Origin: Sphaeroforma arctica JP610
Lineage: Eukaryota
Length of the DNA: 39,491 nucleotides
Direction: 5' to 3'
NCBI RefSeq assembly: GCF_001186125.1
Contig: NW_014039966.1
Coordinates: 18,205 to 57,695, forward strand
Shown piece after piece: positions 24,487-35,880 of the stretch. Under the pieces are notes generated by a model. It ran no database searches. It was not told the origin of the DNA and worked only from the letters and a program-made list of their open reading frames with translations. Position 1 is the first letter of the stretch, and each line of letters opens with the position of its first letter. Made by a program: the position numbers and the translations under genes.

Positions 24487-25329
24487 TGTAAGATTCGGTC
24501 TCTCAAGGCGATATTAACGCCGTAGTATAAATAAACGCGTAGGTAATTTCTAAGTATCGTGAAAATATCCAAGTAAATAAACGAAATAAGACATTTAGGA
24601 AAGTTAGGTATGCCTCGTGAAAACAGCAATACTCTGAGGGATTGTGAGGCTGATACATGGCCTATATATAATCCTCTCAGTACTGTTTCCGCCGAAGGGA
24701 TTTTATTTAGTGTTTCGTTGTCGCTCTATTAAAAACTATGGCATGTTTCACTGGGGCGAATCCGAGAGACTCATAAAATCCTATCTTTAGAAAAAATAAA
24801 TAACATAATAAAAATACTCTTGATGTGCTTAGTTATTGTCTTAACCAATAACTTGCCACTATCAAGAATTACCGACTTAGCCTTCATCAGACTGGCACAT
24901 CTGGTTGGCTGATCGGAGGATCAACTAGGTAACGTTAATAGTTCCTAGAAACCTATATTCGGTTGAGCCATCTCGCTACCGAAGTATTCAGATGTAGATA
25001 AAGTTGGAAAGTAAATATAGTTCTATTAATAGAACTAGACCAACTCTTATGTTTGGTATTTTACTGAGGTCTTTTAATGGTCTCGCCCAAATATCTGATA
25101 TGTAAAATGGAAAAGGTATTAATTAATAAAACCATTAAACCCATTTTAGGAAACTTAAGTTCCTCGTGCTATTAAGAGTACATTTAGGAAACTTGAGTTC
25201 CTCGTACTATTAAGAGTACATTTAGGAAACTTAAGTTCCTCGAACTATTAAGAGTCCGTTTATAATTTACGTACCGCTTAAGAGTACGTTTATAACATAG
25301 AGTCTAATGCGGAAGCCCGGCTTATTACA
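24487..25329 (-). repeat. 3' LTR of the Gypsy element (843 bp)
   Basis: tgtaagattcgg...cttattaca; contains three ~38-bp internal repeats (catttaggaaacttaagttcctcg..ctattaagagt). Confidence 0.93.
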
Positions 25330-25620
25330 CAGCCCCCACCCAGCTTTGAAACCCATGAGAAGCAAGTTGCTCACTCAAGTTGATTATGGGTCAAAAAGCG
25401 AGAAAGGAAAAACGGGTCGAAACATTAAGTAGCATAACATATAGTTAATGTTTCTCAGGCGGCGAAATTAAGTGTTCTCGGTTACCCTGTGAGTTTTGGG
25501 CTTAGGTCCAGTAGGTCCGTGGTGGTCGACTGAACGTTTCTTACGCTTCAGTGTCTTAAGCACATATGAAGGATGAGCATTAAAGCTCGGGATAAATGCT
25601 GTAGACGGATAAGTTTTAAC

Positions 25621-28600
25621 TTACGTTCCTTCAGACGATGGAAACATGCTATCTTTTTCAGCTTGTGACTTATGCAGGCGTTTACGCCATTTTCGATTAA
25701 AGGCTTTTAAATAGTCTTGATTATCGAAAGCATCTGAAATCAACTCAGCTATTATACCGTCTATAAAGCGTGTACGATAGTATGTATAGCCTCCCTTATC
25801 CGTTCTCCATATAATGTCTTTATATTCAGAACGATCAAGAGGGGCATTAGAATCATGTCTTCTTGCGAGGACAATCGCTGTAGTCGGAATACGACTTGTG
25901 CCTATATTAAGCGCACTAGAACCATCGGGGTTATTTACGTCGTACGTTCTACTTTTAGTTTCTGCTACAGAGACTATATATGGACATATCCATTTAGATG
26001 TTAATACAGTAGCATCGGAATTACGTTGACGGATGTTAACTCTGTCACCAACCTGATACTCTGCTATCTTCTTGGTAGTGTTCCAACGCTTTTGCCTTTT
26101 TAATAAGGCTATATTGCGTATTTCTCGCAAGCAAGAATATACAACGTTATAAATACGTTGTACCTTCTCTAAGCAGGTAAATCATGGTGATCCGGTTCGT
26201 CCTTGTTAAAGGGGCTTTGTAACTCACTATATCTGCCACGAAAATAGTGAGCGGGTGTAGTTCCTGTAACCGGATCAACATACTCGTTCATCTGTGTTTG
26301 TACCCACTTAAGGTGGTACGGCCAATAATCTGCATCAACACGTACGCAAGAAGAACCTAAGTCTTCTATGGCGCGTTTCATTCGCGCCTTGCGTTTGTGG
26401 CTTATATGGCACACCTCTCTTTTAGCATATGCTGGATACGAGTACTAGCGATTCCATTACGTCATCGCAGAACTCACTACCGTTATCAGCGCACATAATA
26501 CCCGGCCACCCGTGGTCAGCAAAGACTTGGCAACATAATTCTGCCACGGTCTGCGTATTTTTATCCTTTAATGGATAGAGCAAGTTAAACCGTGACACCA
26601 CATCAAAGAAGTGGCATACGTAACGGTCGCCTGTGTGCTCGGACGTGGGTAGGTCAACCAGATCAATGATGACCCTGCGCCATGGAACATCTTCAGTCAC
26701 ACTCTTAAGCGGTGCGAACCTATAGCGCTTGATCTGATTGAGATCACAGTCTGTACATGACTGATATACCCTGTCAACTAAAGTTACCAGCTTAGGGTGC
26801 GCGATCCCATGTCGCTTAGCATCTTTAAGTGCGTCTACTACGTTCTGGTGCTTCAGCTTATGGTTTCGCGTCAGCCAAGCAATAATGTTTTCATCATTCT
26901 GCTCCTCCAGAATAAAGGTAGGGTGTTGAGAATCCACTTGCGTGGTCACTAAGTCTGTAGTGTTTCCAGACTCCTGTCCTGCTTTCGCATGAGTGTCAGA
27001 AGTGCGCTCATGTGCGTTAGATACACCTGACATATTAAATAGTCGCATTATATGTGTATACGCTTCAGGATTGTCTTTCATTAATCCCTTCAGAAATATG
27101 GGTTGAAAGACCTCGGGCTTGGACTTTATGTTATTAAACAGAGTCCTAGCTAGAGACTGACGCTTCTTAACAGTGTCATTCGTAGATTGTATTTCTTGTG
27201 TACAGACTTTAAATGCTGTGTTGCCTTTGAACTGCTTAACGTTCAATTGGGTAGAGAGTGGAATCTCTGATTCTTTGACCTTGTTAAGGAAGATCTCAGA
27301 AGGGGTCCATTTGGTTGTTCCAATGGGACCTATACGACATATTATAGTATGTCTCCAGGGCGTCTTCTGGAACTCTCGGGTACCCTGATATAGGAAAGTA
27401 TCTACTTCCTAATCTAAATATATTGGCTCGCATTGTATCATGCTTATTAATTTATTGAGCCATGGATCTTTACTCCGTAATGGGCAACACACCGTGATGG
27501 TAGCTTTATGTATATGAACATAATTTAATATCTGGGCAATTAACTGTCATGGTGGATTAGCCCACGCATTATGTTTGGAGAGGTCTATTTGAAAGGCGTC
27601 TCGTAAAGGATGATTTAAAGTCCTGTAATTCGATAGTTGTGCATTATGATGTGCAGCAAACATATCTATGGTATGTGGCCAGAATATCTTTTGAGCCAAT
27701 TCAAACCACCTGGGATTACACTTCCAGTCAGTGGCTAGTAACTCACGTACGGATTTATTAAAGTCCGGTACAAAGCGTGATAACATATCCGGTAAATGGT
27801 TATGTATTCCTGGCAGATGTTTTATATCAAAATGAAACTTTGATATTGTATCATGCCAGCGACTCAGTAATTGTGAGTCGGGTTTCATCTCTTTCATATA
27901 TTGAAGATATTTCTGATCACACATCAGCGTAAATGCTGTTCCGTATAAGTAATCTCGGAAGTGTGTTAAAGCTGCCACTATGGCTAATAGCTCTTGTTTA
28001 ACAGTTGGATAATTCAGCTGTAAAACATCCATTGCTCGACTAAAGAATTGTATATATCTCGGTTTGTTATTTAAAACCTGATATAATACTCCTCCAAGGG
28101 TTAAGTCGGAGGCGTCCGTTGCTATTTCAAACGGCACGCCATCGACTGGTCCTTGTACAACAGGGGCTTGTTGGACTGCGTGCTTGAGCGCTTTAAATAC
28201 TTTATCACACTCTTTAGTCCACAAGTCTCCTAGTTTGCCTTTATGACATCTTAAGTGCCCAAAAGGTTTAAAGTAATCAGCCAAGTGTGGTACTCCATAT
28301 GAAAAGAAGTTTACAAACCCACACATGCTGTTCACATCTCTTCCTGTAGTGGGTGTTCGCCAATCTAACAGGTGTTCCACATTACCGGGGTCGATTTTAA
28401 TACCTTCCCCAGATATACGTTAGCCTAAGAGCTGTATTTCGCTCATGGCAAAGTGACATTTCTTTTCGTTAATCTTGAAGTTTTGTTCGCTGAGTCTCTA
28501 AAGGACTCGCCTGACTAATGCGGCATGTTCGCCCTTAGTCTTAGAAAAGATAACTATGTCATCTATATAGACTTGCACGTTAGGTATGTCTGCAAACATT

Positions 28601-29625
28601 TCCTCCATTACTTGTTGGAAGAATGCTGGTAAAGAGTGTAACCCGAAAGGTGCACCTCTGAACCGGTATTGTTTACCTTTCTACGTAAAGTTAAAGTTTT
28701 TACGGTGTGGTTCATATACCTGCATTTGATGGTATCCTTGTGTAAGGTCTATAGTTGTAAATACTGTAGCATCTTCCATCCTTCGCAGTAGCTCGTTAAT
28801 ACGAGGTAAGTGAAAGCTATGAGTCGGCAATAATTCATTTATTGGACTCATATCTAAACATACTCTGACTTTCTTAAACGATTCGTCAGAGTTATGTTGG
28901 TCTACGGCTAGCAGCGCCAAGTTAACTGGCGTCTGCTGATAGTTAATTTCTATCACTCCATCTGCTAGCCATTTCTCAACTCGTTCTTTTACCACAGTCT
29001 CGTGTCTCCAGGATACATAGTTCCTTGAGGGACACTTTAACTGTGTAAAGTCTACCTTGGTTAAGTCAAGGCTGACATATCCGTCGTTAACGCGGACTTT
29101 TGCCCAATCTGTGATCTTTATTTTCTTATTAACTAGAATAAGATCCATGATTTTGTTCGCAAAGTCAGGTATTAATGCCTTGACTGTGTCTGACGGGGGT
29201 TTATATGGATTCAGACAGTTATCGTCTGATTGATTCTTTAATGGATCTATGTTATTTGGTAGACCCGTTACGGTTATACCTAGAGTGAGTAAATCGCTCA
29301 TTCCGACTATAATGGCGTACTTCTGTGACATCTTAGCTATCACAGCTTGGGTAGTGATATTTCTATCATCGGCCAGGGAGATTTTAACATCTGTGGCGAT
29401 GGTATCACACACAGCAGTTTTATCATCAGCTGACATGAGGTGAGTTGTTTGTGTTCTCCTTTCGATATCTTTCATTAATGCAAAGCGATCGGATATACAT
29501 GATATTTCTGAATCAGGGTCAATCAACGCAAGGATTTTATTTCCATTGCAATAGACAGGGATTATTACACGCTCCTTTAAAGGGTCGTTGTATTGTCTGT
29601 GTAACGATTGTACCTGGTAGTACCT
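25621..29625 (-). pseudogene. Gypsy pol: protease, RT, RNase H, MTase-like domain, integrase, possible chromodomain
   Basis: Protease ALIDPDSE; RT RVCLD..PIN, IDLTQGYHQ, APFGL, YIDD (28558-28569); RNase H IATDAS, QELLAIV, LPDMLSR; integrase H-H-C-C, IDLVD, ADNGSEF, QGANE, GTTPA, GPY/F-like KWICPY. In-frame stops at 28681, 28498, 28420, 27547, 27409 and 26422, plus compensating frameshifts at ~26340 and ~26180. Confidence 0.9.
27331..27729 (-). other. N6-adenine DNA methyltransferase-like domain (phage Dam / DIRS-MT type) embedded in pol
   Basis: My translation through the stops: DWKCNPRWFELAQKIFWPHTIDMFAAHHNAQLSNYRTLNHPLRDAFQIDLSKHNAWANPP*QLIAQILNYVHIHKATITVCCPLRSKDPWLNKLISM...PWRHTIICRI. 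This matches the DIRS MT pattern W....F.......DLFA...N.....Y.....DAF..DW.....(N/F)PP..LI..VL.........V.P.W....W. Confidence 0.85.
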
Positions 29626-30891
29626 TCACTCCAACATAATGTTGGGCTTTTTGTCACAAGACTTAGTTTGATAGCCATTGGTCTTCTCACACTTGTCGCA
29701 CTTAATAAGAAAGTGTGTACAGGTGGATGCATGCCGGTCATTCCAATAACCGTTAGGGGTTAACTGGTACATGTCATACCCACACTGTGCGTCGGCACAT
29801 TTCTTAATCTCCGTAGATGGAGGTTCCATGTCCTTCGCTCCTGCGCGTGCCCGTTTATTGGGTCGCGTGGATAGAGTGGAGTCGCGAGCACGTGTATATT
29901 GGGGTCTCTCGTTTGAGGTCTGCCTGGATACGTACCCGTGATCGGTGTGTTCCCGCGGCTTCTTAACAGCCGCTTTTCCCTTCGATGTTACTCGAAGTGC
30001 GGGGAAAAGGGTGGATACAGTATCATAAAACTGTTCCCACGTAAGTCGGGATAGATGAAACTTTGTTTCATGTCTCTTGTCTCGAGCCTCAGTCGCGTGT
30101 TTACGTCGCAACTCGGTGTACAGGCTCTCACGGTCTTTATTCCCTATGTTCTTACAGAACACGGGCATAACCAGGAACTCGTACCATCGCTGTGCCTTGT
30201 CCTTTGTTATATCTGGACGTTTCAGGTCAGCATCTAGCTTCAGAATATAACTCTGAATGGGCGTGTTCTCAACTGGTTCAGTTAAAATTGAACTCAGTCC
30301 AGGGCTACGCATGTCCTTGCTTAACAAGGATGTAACCAACCAACACACAGCTGGCCAGTCACGACAAGTGTCTAGCTCATGCTGGTGTCGCTGCAGGATC
30401 AAATAACTTGTACCTGTAGGGTCAAACATCTGCATTAAAGCAGAGATCCATTGCTGGGGAGCGATATCATTCGTCTCCAGCATGATCGTAAACGCATTAA
30501 GCGTACGGGTTAGCGTGTCGAGGTCATGGTTGTTTATAAACTCGATCTGCTTGCTGTTGGCATCCTGATCTGTCCCTTGTATTGCTGGTTGTCCCTGTGG
30601 TCTTGTCCACGGTGGGCCTGAAGTAACTGATCAATGCGCTTTTGCTTAATCGCAATCATATTCGCAAAGTATGCTACATCATCAGCATGATGCGCATCGT
30701 GGGCGATTTTCATTTTAATGGTATAATCGTCGACCGATTAATTAAGTTCGGTCACCTCGTCAGAGTGAAAATCCTCTGCGGGTTGATATAGCGGCAGCGG
30801 TTGCTTCTGCGGCAGCGTTAGCGGTTTCTCTCTCCATCTTCTTCTTTTCAGCTTTACGCTTCTTAGAAGGAGTATTGTCTTTCTTGGTCAT
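29626..30891 (-). pseudogene. Gypsy gag (frameshifted 5' part)
   Basis: ATG at 30891 (MTKKDNTPSKKRK); 285-aa ORF 29626-30483 ending in a degenerate knuckle CDKCEKTNGYQTKSC. Same frame as pol, separated by one TGA. Confidence 0.75.
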
Positions 30892-31013
30892 AATCTTAAC
30901 TTATGACCTAGCTTGTCTCTTAAGGACTAGCGACAAGAAAACATTTGTGGTAGTTAATCTACCTTTACGCTTAAGTAGTCTAAGTAATTAATACCTTTGA
31001 TAACTTTAAAATG

Positions 31014-31792
31014 TGTAAAATTCGGTCTCTCAAGGCGATATTAACGCCGTAGTATAAATAAACGCGTAGGTAATTTCTAAGTATCGTTAAGACATTTAGG
31101 AAAGTTAGGTATGCCTCGTGAAAACAGCAATACTCTGAGGGATTGTGAGGCTGATACATTGCCTATATATAATCCTCTCAGTACTGTTTCCGCCGAAGGG
31201 ATTTTATTTAGTGTTTCGTTGTCGCTTTATTAAAAACTATGGCATGTTTCACTGGGGCGAATCCGAGAGACTCATAAAATCCTATCTTTAGAAAAAATAA
31301 ATAACATAATAAAAATACTCTTGATGTGCTTAGTTATTGTCTTAACCAATAACTTGCCACTATCAAGAATTACCGACTTAGCCTTCATCAGACTGGCACA
31401 TCTGGTTGGCTGATCGGAGGATCAACTAGGTAACGTTAATAGTTCCTAGAAACCTATATTCGGTTGAGCCATCTCGCTACCGAAGTATTCAGATGTAGAT
31501 AAAGTTGGAAAGTAAATATAGTTCTATTAATAGAACTAGACCAACTCTTATGTTTGGTATTTTACTGAGGTCTTTTAATGGTCTCGCCCAAATATCTGAT
31601 ATGTAAAATGGAAAAGGTATTAATTAATAAAACCATTAAACCCATTTTAGGAAACTTAAGTTCCTCGTGCTATTAAGAGTACATTTAGGAAACTTGAGTT
31701 CCTCGTACTATTAAGAGTACGTTTATAATTTACGTACTGCATAAGAGTATGTTTATAACATAGAGTCTAATGTGGAGGCCCGGCTTATTACA
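31014..31792 (-). repeat. 5' LTR of the Gypsy element (779 bp)
   Basis: tgtaaaattcgg...cttattaca; lacks a ~26-bp block and one 38-bp unit present in the other LTR. Confidence 0.93.
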
Positions 31793-34700
31793 TATACGGA
31801 GTGACGACGAAGTCAGGGATGCTTGGTCCTAAAAACATTGGCAACTTTGCGATGTATGTCACCTATGAGAATGTTTTGCCCTTGTTATGATGTTTATTCA
31901 AGACGCCTTCATCTCCAGTTTTGATCGATCTAATCACGATGAAGCCCGTCGCCTTCTTGTCTTTTGGACAACGATATACTCTGGATCGGGTCAGTATCAT
32001 TCTCTTGCATCAATCGAATCTCGAATGAAGCACTCCTAAAACCCCCACGACTCCTGCTATTCGGCGTCATCTGCTACTCTCCTGGAACAATTTCAATCTG
32101 AACTTGTTCTACTCGTCCTCGACTCACAACGGAAGAGTATATAGAGGAGCCGCATATTTGCATGTCCGGCAAATATTACCCTACTGCTCTCACTCAACAG
32201 GTTTGCCCCAAGAGCAGTGCGTAAACATGCTTTTTTCATTTGCCGAGACCACGACTCACAAGGCCCCTTCATGCCCCACGGCATGCGGCCGATATGACAG
32301 CAAAAGACACATCAGCGCCGACTGCGACGCAGGTTCTGGTTCCTGTATGGAATGTAATACGTTGCTACTGTATGCTTCCAGTGGTCTAATAAACAGAGTT
32401 TCGCATGTTCAGAGTTCGTTGCTCGTGTAACTGTTTTTCTTTTCTTTAATAAGTCCGAACAGACTTCACTTATTATTGGTACTGGTGCCTCCGCCAGTCT
32501 CGGTTTACTTCTTTACTCACTAAAATCGAACATGGCAAATTTTTACTTCTCCCGCGGATAATACAAAGAATATTTCTAGACGACGTGGACTGCTCCCTAA
32601 TCTCGGCCTCAGCTATGTTTGTACCGGTCTCTTCGAATCGATTATTGCCCAGAACAGCTTGCAGGACAATGGCTGTACTCTATGTGACCCAGCGTGGACC
32701 CGTACACTTCACTTTTTGCATACAGGCACACGCCGCACTATCACCCGTGACAGAAATAATTATTAAACTACTTTGCATGACCTCACGTACCTTTGCGCTA
32801 CACCTACTACGGTCTAGTGTGCCACTACGCTTTCCACTACTCCACCTCCTACTCATCACCCCGTCACTGCTTCTACCAATAATACGAATACCATCGCAAT
32901 AACGCACATGGAATCCGAGCTACTACCCTCAAACAAGCTCGAAAGAAAAATGTCACGCTCGCCCACCGCGCCTTGGCGTTGCTACTGAGATATACTATCA
33001 ACTCCATCCTACACTCTGGATGGGGGCCATGACATAATAGACCACACGCCTACCATTGATTTTTATGCTTATAAAAACAATGTACAGCTTGCTTGCTTTC
33101 TTGGCTCTGACCAGTGGAGTTTTAGATAACTTTCGTAAAGTGTAAAGTCAACTTTTTTACATGCAAACCTCAAATGGTCAAACATCGCGACCATTGCCCG
33201 TCAAAACATACAGCGCTGATCTTGGCTACCCCGTTCCCCTTCAACCGTGCAGCCGCTGGTGGTCTCTCATCCTCTCCCGTTTACAGTGTTAGCCATTCAT
33301 TATCCGCAACATATCTCTCACATTACTCCAACATGGACTTTGCACTCGAAGTCGCCTCTCCTGGGTCTATTCAATTGTCGCGCTCATCAGTACCCTTCGT
33401 ATTGCTGTTCTCCTTGATACCGAATTGAAAGTTACGATTAAATTCGCCACTTCTCACTCGGAGTTCCCAAAACATTGTAAAATTTCTTTATCCGGCACGA
33501 TGCGTCGTAAGCCTGTGCCGCATCTAAAGCAACTTCACGTTGACCTTCGAGGGCCTATGCCCAAACATCAAAGCAGAACACGTCTGATCACACCCTCAGC
33601 ATGTTGGTGCGCGTTCCGTCGTTATACAATCCTCATACTCTAGTCGCCGATGGCGACGCCAGTCCCGCCACCAAAGCCATGCTGCTTTCACGGCAGATAA
33701 CTATCAATAAGATAATTCTTTATAGAACTTGCACCTGGCACGCTTAATACCCTTGCCCGCACGTTCTTTCTTGATTCCGGCCAACTATTGCATCTCTGGT
33801 CCCTTATCCTGGCCTATTAGAAGTGAGGGCCTCACGACACAGGATCCCATTTACACCTCCACGGACAAATAGCACAGTACTCCGGTGCCTCGCGTCTCTC
33901 GGGCTCGTTATGGCTGGGTTGTGGCCTATCTGTTTGAAAGCCCTGCTCATAAATCCATGCACGTATATGCTGCGCACGGTCACAATGGCGTCATTCTCGG
34001 CCGCGCTGCCAACAGTACTCGCGATACATACATCGTGCAGTTTTTTTTCACACACAGCAAGTTGTCAACACCCGCAATATTTAGTTTTTCTCTGTTGAGC
34101 GCCTTCAAAAGACCTCTGATGGAAGATTGTGTGCACACGTCTGCAACTTCTTGCACCCACAAGATCCCCGTGTTGTGGCACAATATACATCCGTCTACCA
34201 CTACTGCCATAATCCCCTTTATCGCTGCTGATGTTCTGGTTTCCCGCACTAGTTCGCCAATCTCCATCCCTTATACTTCTCCTAATTGATCGTTACCTCA
34301 TAGCCCATCTTCTGTCGTGCCTGCCCCTGGTGACCCTTGGCACTGGTACGCCAAAGGGCCTCAAGCACATACAGATACGGACTCATTACATTCGGGAGTG
34401 TGTTAAAAATAGGGTTCACACCTTTAATTACATCCGTGCTGATGTCAGTTCTGCCGACTTGCTGACGAAGAGTTTGCATCGCCCCAAACATACTAAACTT
34501 ATAGACAAATTGATGTCTTCGGTCCAACTTTTCTGACGGGGGTTTCACGGTGACACCGCTTTTAAAAAAATGGCATTCCCGACCCTTGTTAGTTGTCCTC
34601 CTTATTACAAGGACCTCCTCGGGTTCTCTGTGATTGTCCTAAACATGAGACTTATTTGCACACCAAAATATACTTCAGTATTTTTGGGGTGATACAGTAA

Positions 34701-35069
34701 TTACTATACATTCAGGACAATATACATACATATATACGTTACAACGCAAATAAAATACCTTAAACGTTAAGCGTTTAACGCCATGAGGACAAGTACCGCA
34801 CTCTGCTCTGGCCTCTGGGCAGTTGGTAGTTAATGAGATGGCAATTGGTGTAGAGTAAGAATTACTTTCTCTAAGAAACCATACTCTAACATATGATTAA
34901 TAGCCTGTAGTCAGGAACACATCGTATAAACAGATGTCAACACTTGCTAGTGACTTTAAAATAATACATCAACCAAATAAAACTCTAGATACTGATATTC
35001 AGATCATCACTTTATTTGGCGTTTACAGATTTTCTACAAGTTTCGATTGTACCAATTAAAGTCTTCAAC

Positions 35070-35880
35070 ATCATGCATGACTCTGAAAAAACTTTCAAAT
35101 TGAAGTGAACATGCCTCAACATCACGGGCGACAACTATGACAAATGGCTTCAGCATCTCATACTTGCAGCCCACACTCACTACGTAGATGACATAGAGTC
35201 CGTTCTACACTACAAATATGTCAACCAGGAACTTTTGGCCCGGACTGCAGCCACACCAGTATCTCAAAGGAAACCAGCCACCGGCCGAGGACGACTCGAA
35301 TCTCGTGAGACCTTCATCAAAACACCAATGGCGATGGGCGCCACCAGAAAGCACAACGATGCCTGCTTCGATCACTCAGCGAGGAGGGAATGGATTGCCC
35401 CACTCGAGAGCAGCTTATGGACGATCCCTGGGCACACTCTTCTGCCTCAAGAAATCTTATTCTCACATGTCCACAATAGTATCAAATACAGTCACACTTA
35501 AATTTATCCAAGAACTTCGCCGCGCTGAAGAAAAATTATACACACCTGGTCTCGACGTTGCGCCCGCATCTGCACAGATGCTAAAGCACAAGGCACACGT
35601 TTTTCAGCCGCCTTTATGCAGGGTATGTTCATCTCTGGACTCGGGGACCCCGACAAAGACATAATACGCCATTACCTTGTCAACAACCGAGACAAAGATA
35701 AACCTACACCACTCGACTTGTGCGGTCGACTCGAAGAATACATAACAGTAACTCCGTTTCATGACAACACTATTTCGAAGACAGCAGCCATTTCTGCCAC
35801 TTCCACATCTGAAACACCTGTGACCGCCGAACTATTGTTCATACGTATACACCAACTGGAGCAAAACAAAGTCACATCTA
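35070..35880 (+). mobile_element. Isolated Copia gag remnant related to copies 1 and 2
   Basis: LNITGDNYDKWLQHLILAA (~35115-35170) resembles LTLSGENYDRWDTDLYLAA and SFVGDKYDDWRDNLYMAAA; followed by broken ORF pieces. Confidence 0.55.

Larger units (their letters stand above)
24487..31792 (-). mobile_element. Full-length Ty3/Gypsy LTR retrotransposon with an extra N6-adenine methyltransferase-like domain
   Basis: Near-identical TG...CA LTRs at 24487-25329 and 31014-31792. PPT gggtgggggc (minus) next to the left LTR. Flanks taga/tata (imperfect 4-bp TSD). Internal order gag-PR-RT-RH-(MTase)-INT. Confidence 0.95.
23744..34690 (+). mobile_element. Decayed Ty1/Copia LTR retrotransposon (copy 2), split by the Gypsy insertion
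   Basis: 5' LTR ~23744-23954 (tgtcgcggttacaccgc...cattcccggcccttgttagttgtcc) matches 3' LTR ~34543-34690 (tttcacggtgacaccgc...cattcccgacccttgttagttgtcc). PBS GGTTATGGGC at 23955-23964; PPT gacggggg at 34535-34542. Gag start (SFVGDKYDDW), Zn knuckles ~32250-32370, protease-like IIGTGAS ~32473, integrase LHVDLRGPM ~33530, RNase H tail KHIQIRTHYIRECV...ADLLTKSL 34357-34536. RT is apparently deleted. Confidence 0.8.

Noticed and set aside
25143..25295. 38-bp repeats resembling an array
   Set aside because: Internal LTR tandem repeats, also present in the other LTR; no spacers.
26422..29628. Alternative genetic code explaining the pol stops
   Set aside because: All three stop types occur, frameshifts are also present, and SPB1 and PL14 read normally in the standard code.
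24487..31792. DIRS element, suggested by the MTase domain
   Set aside because: Direct TG..CA LTRs, PPT, aspartic protease and DDE integrase are present; no tyrosine recombinase or inverted/split terminal repeats.
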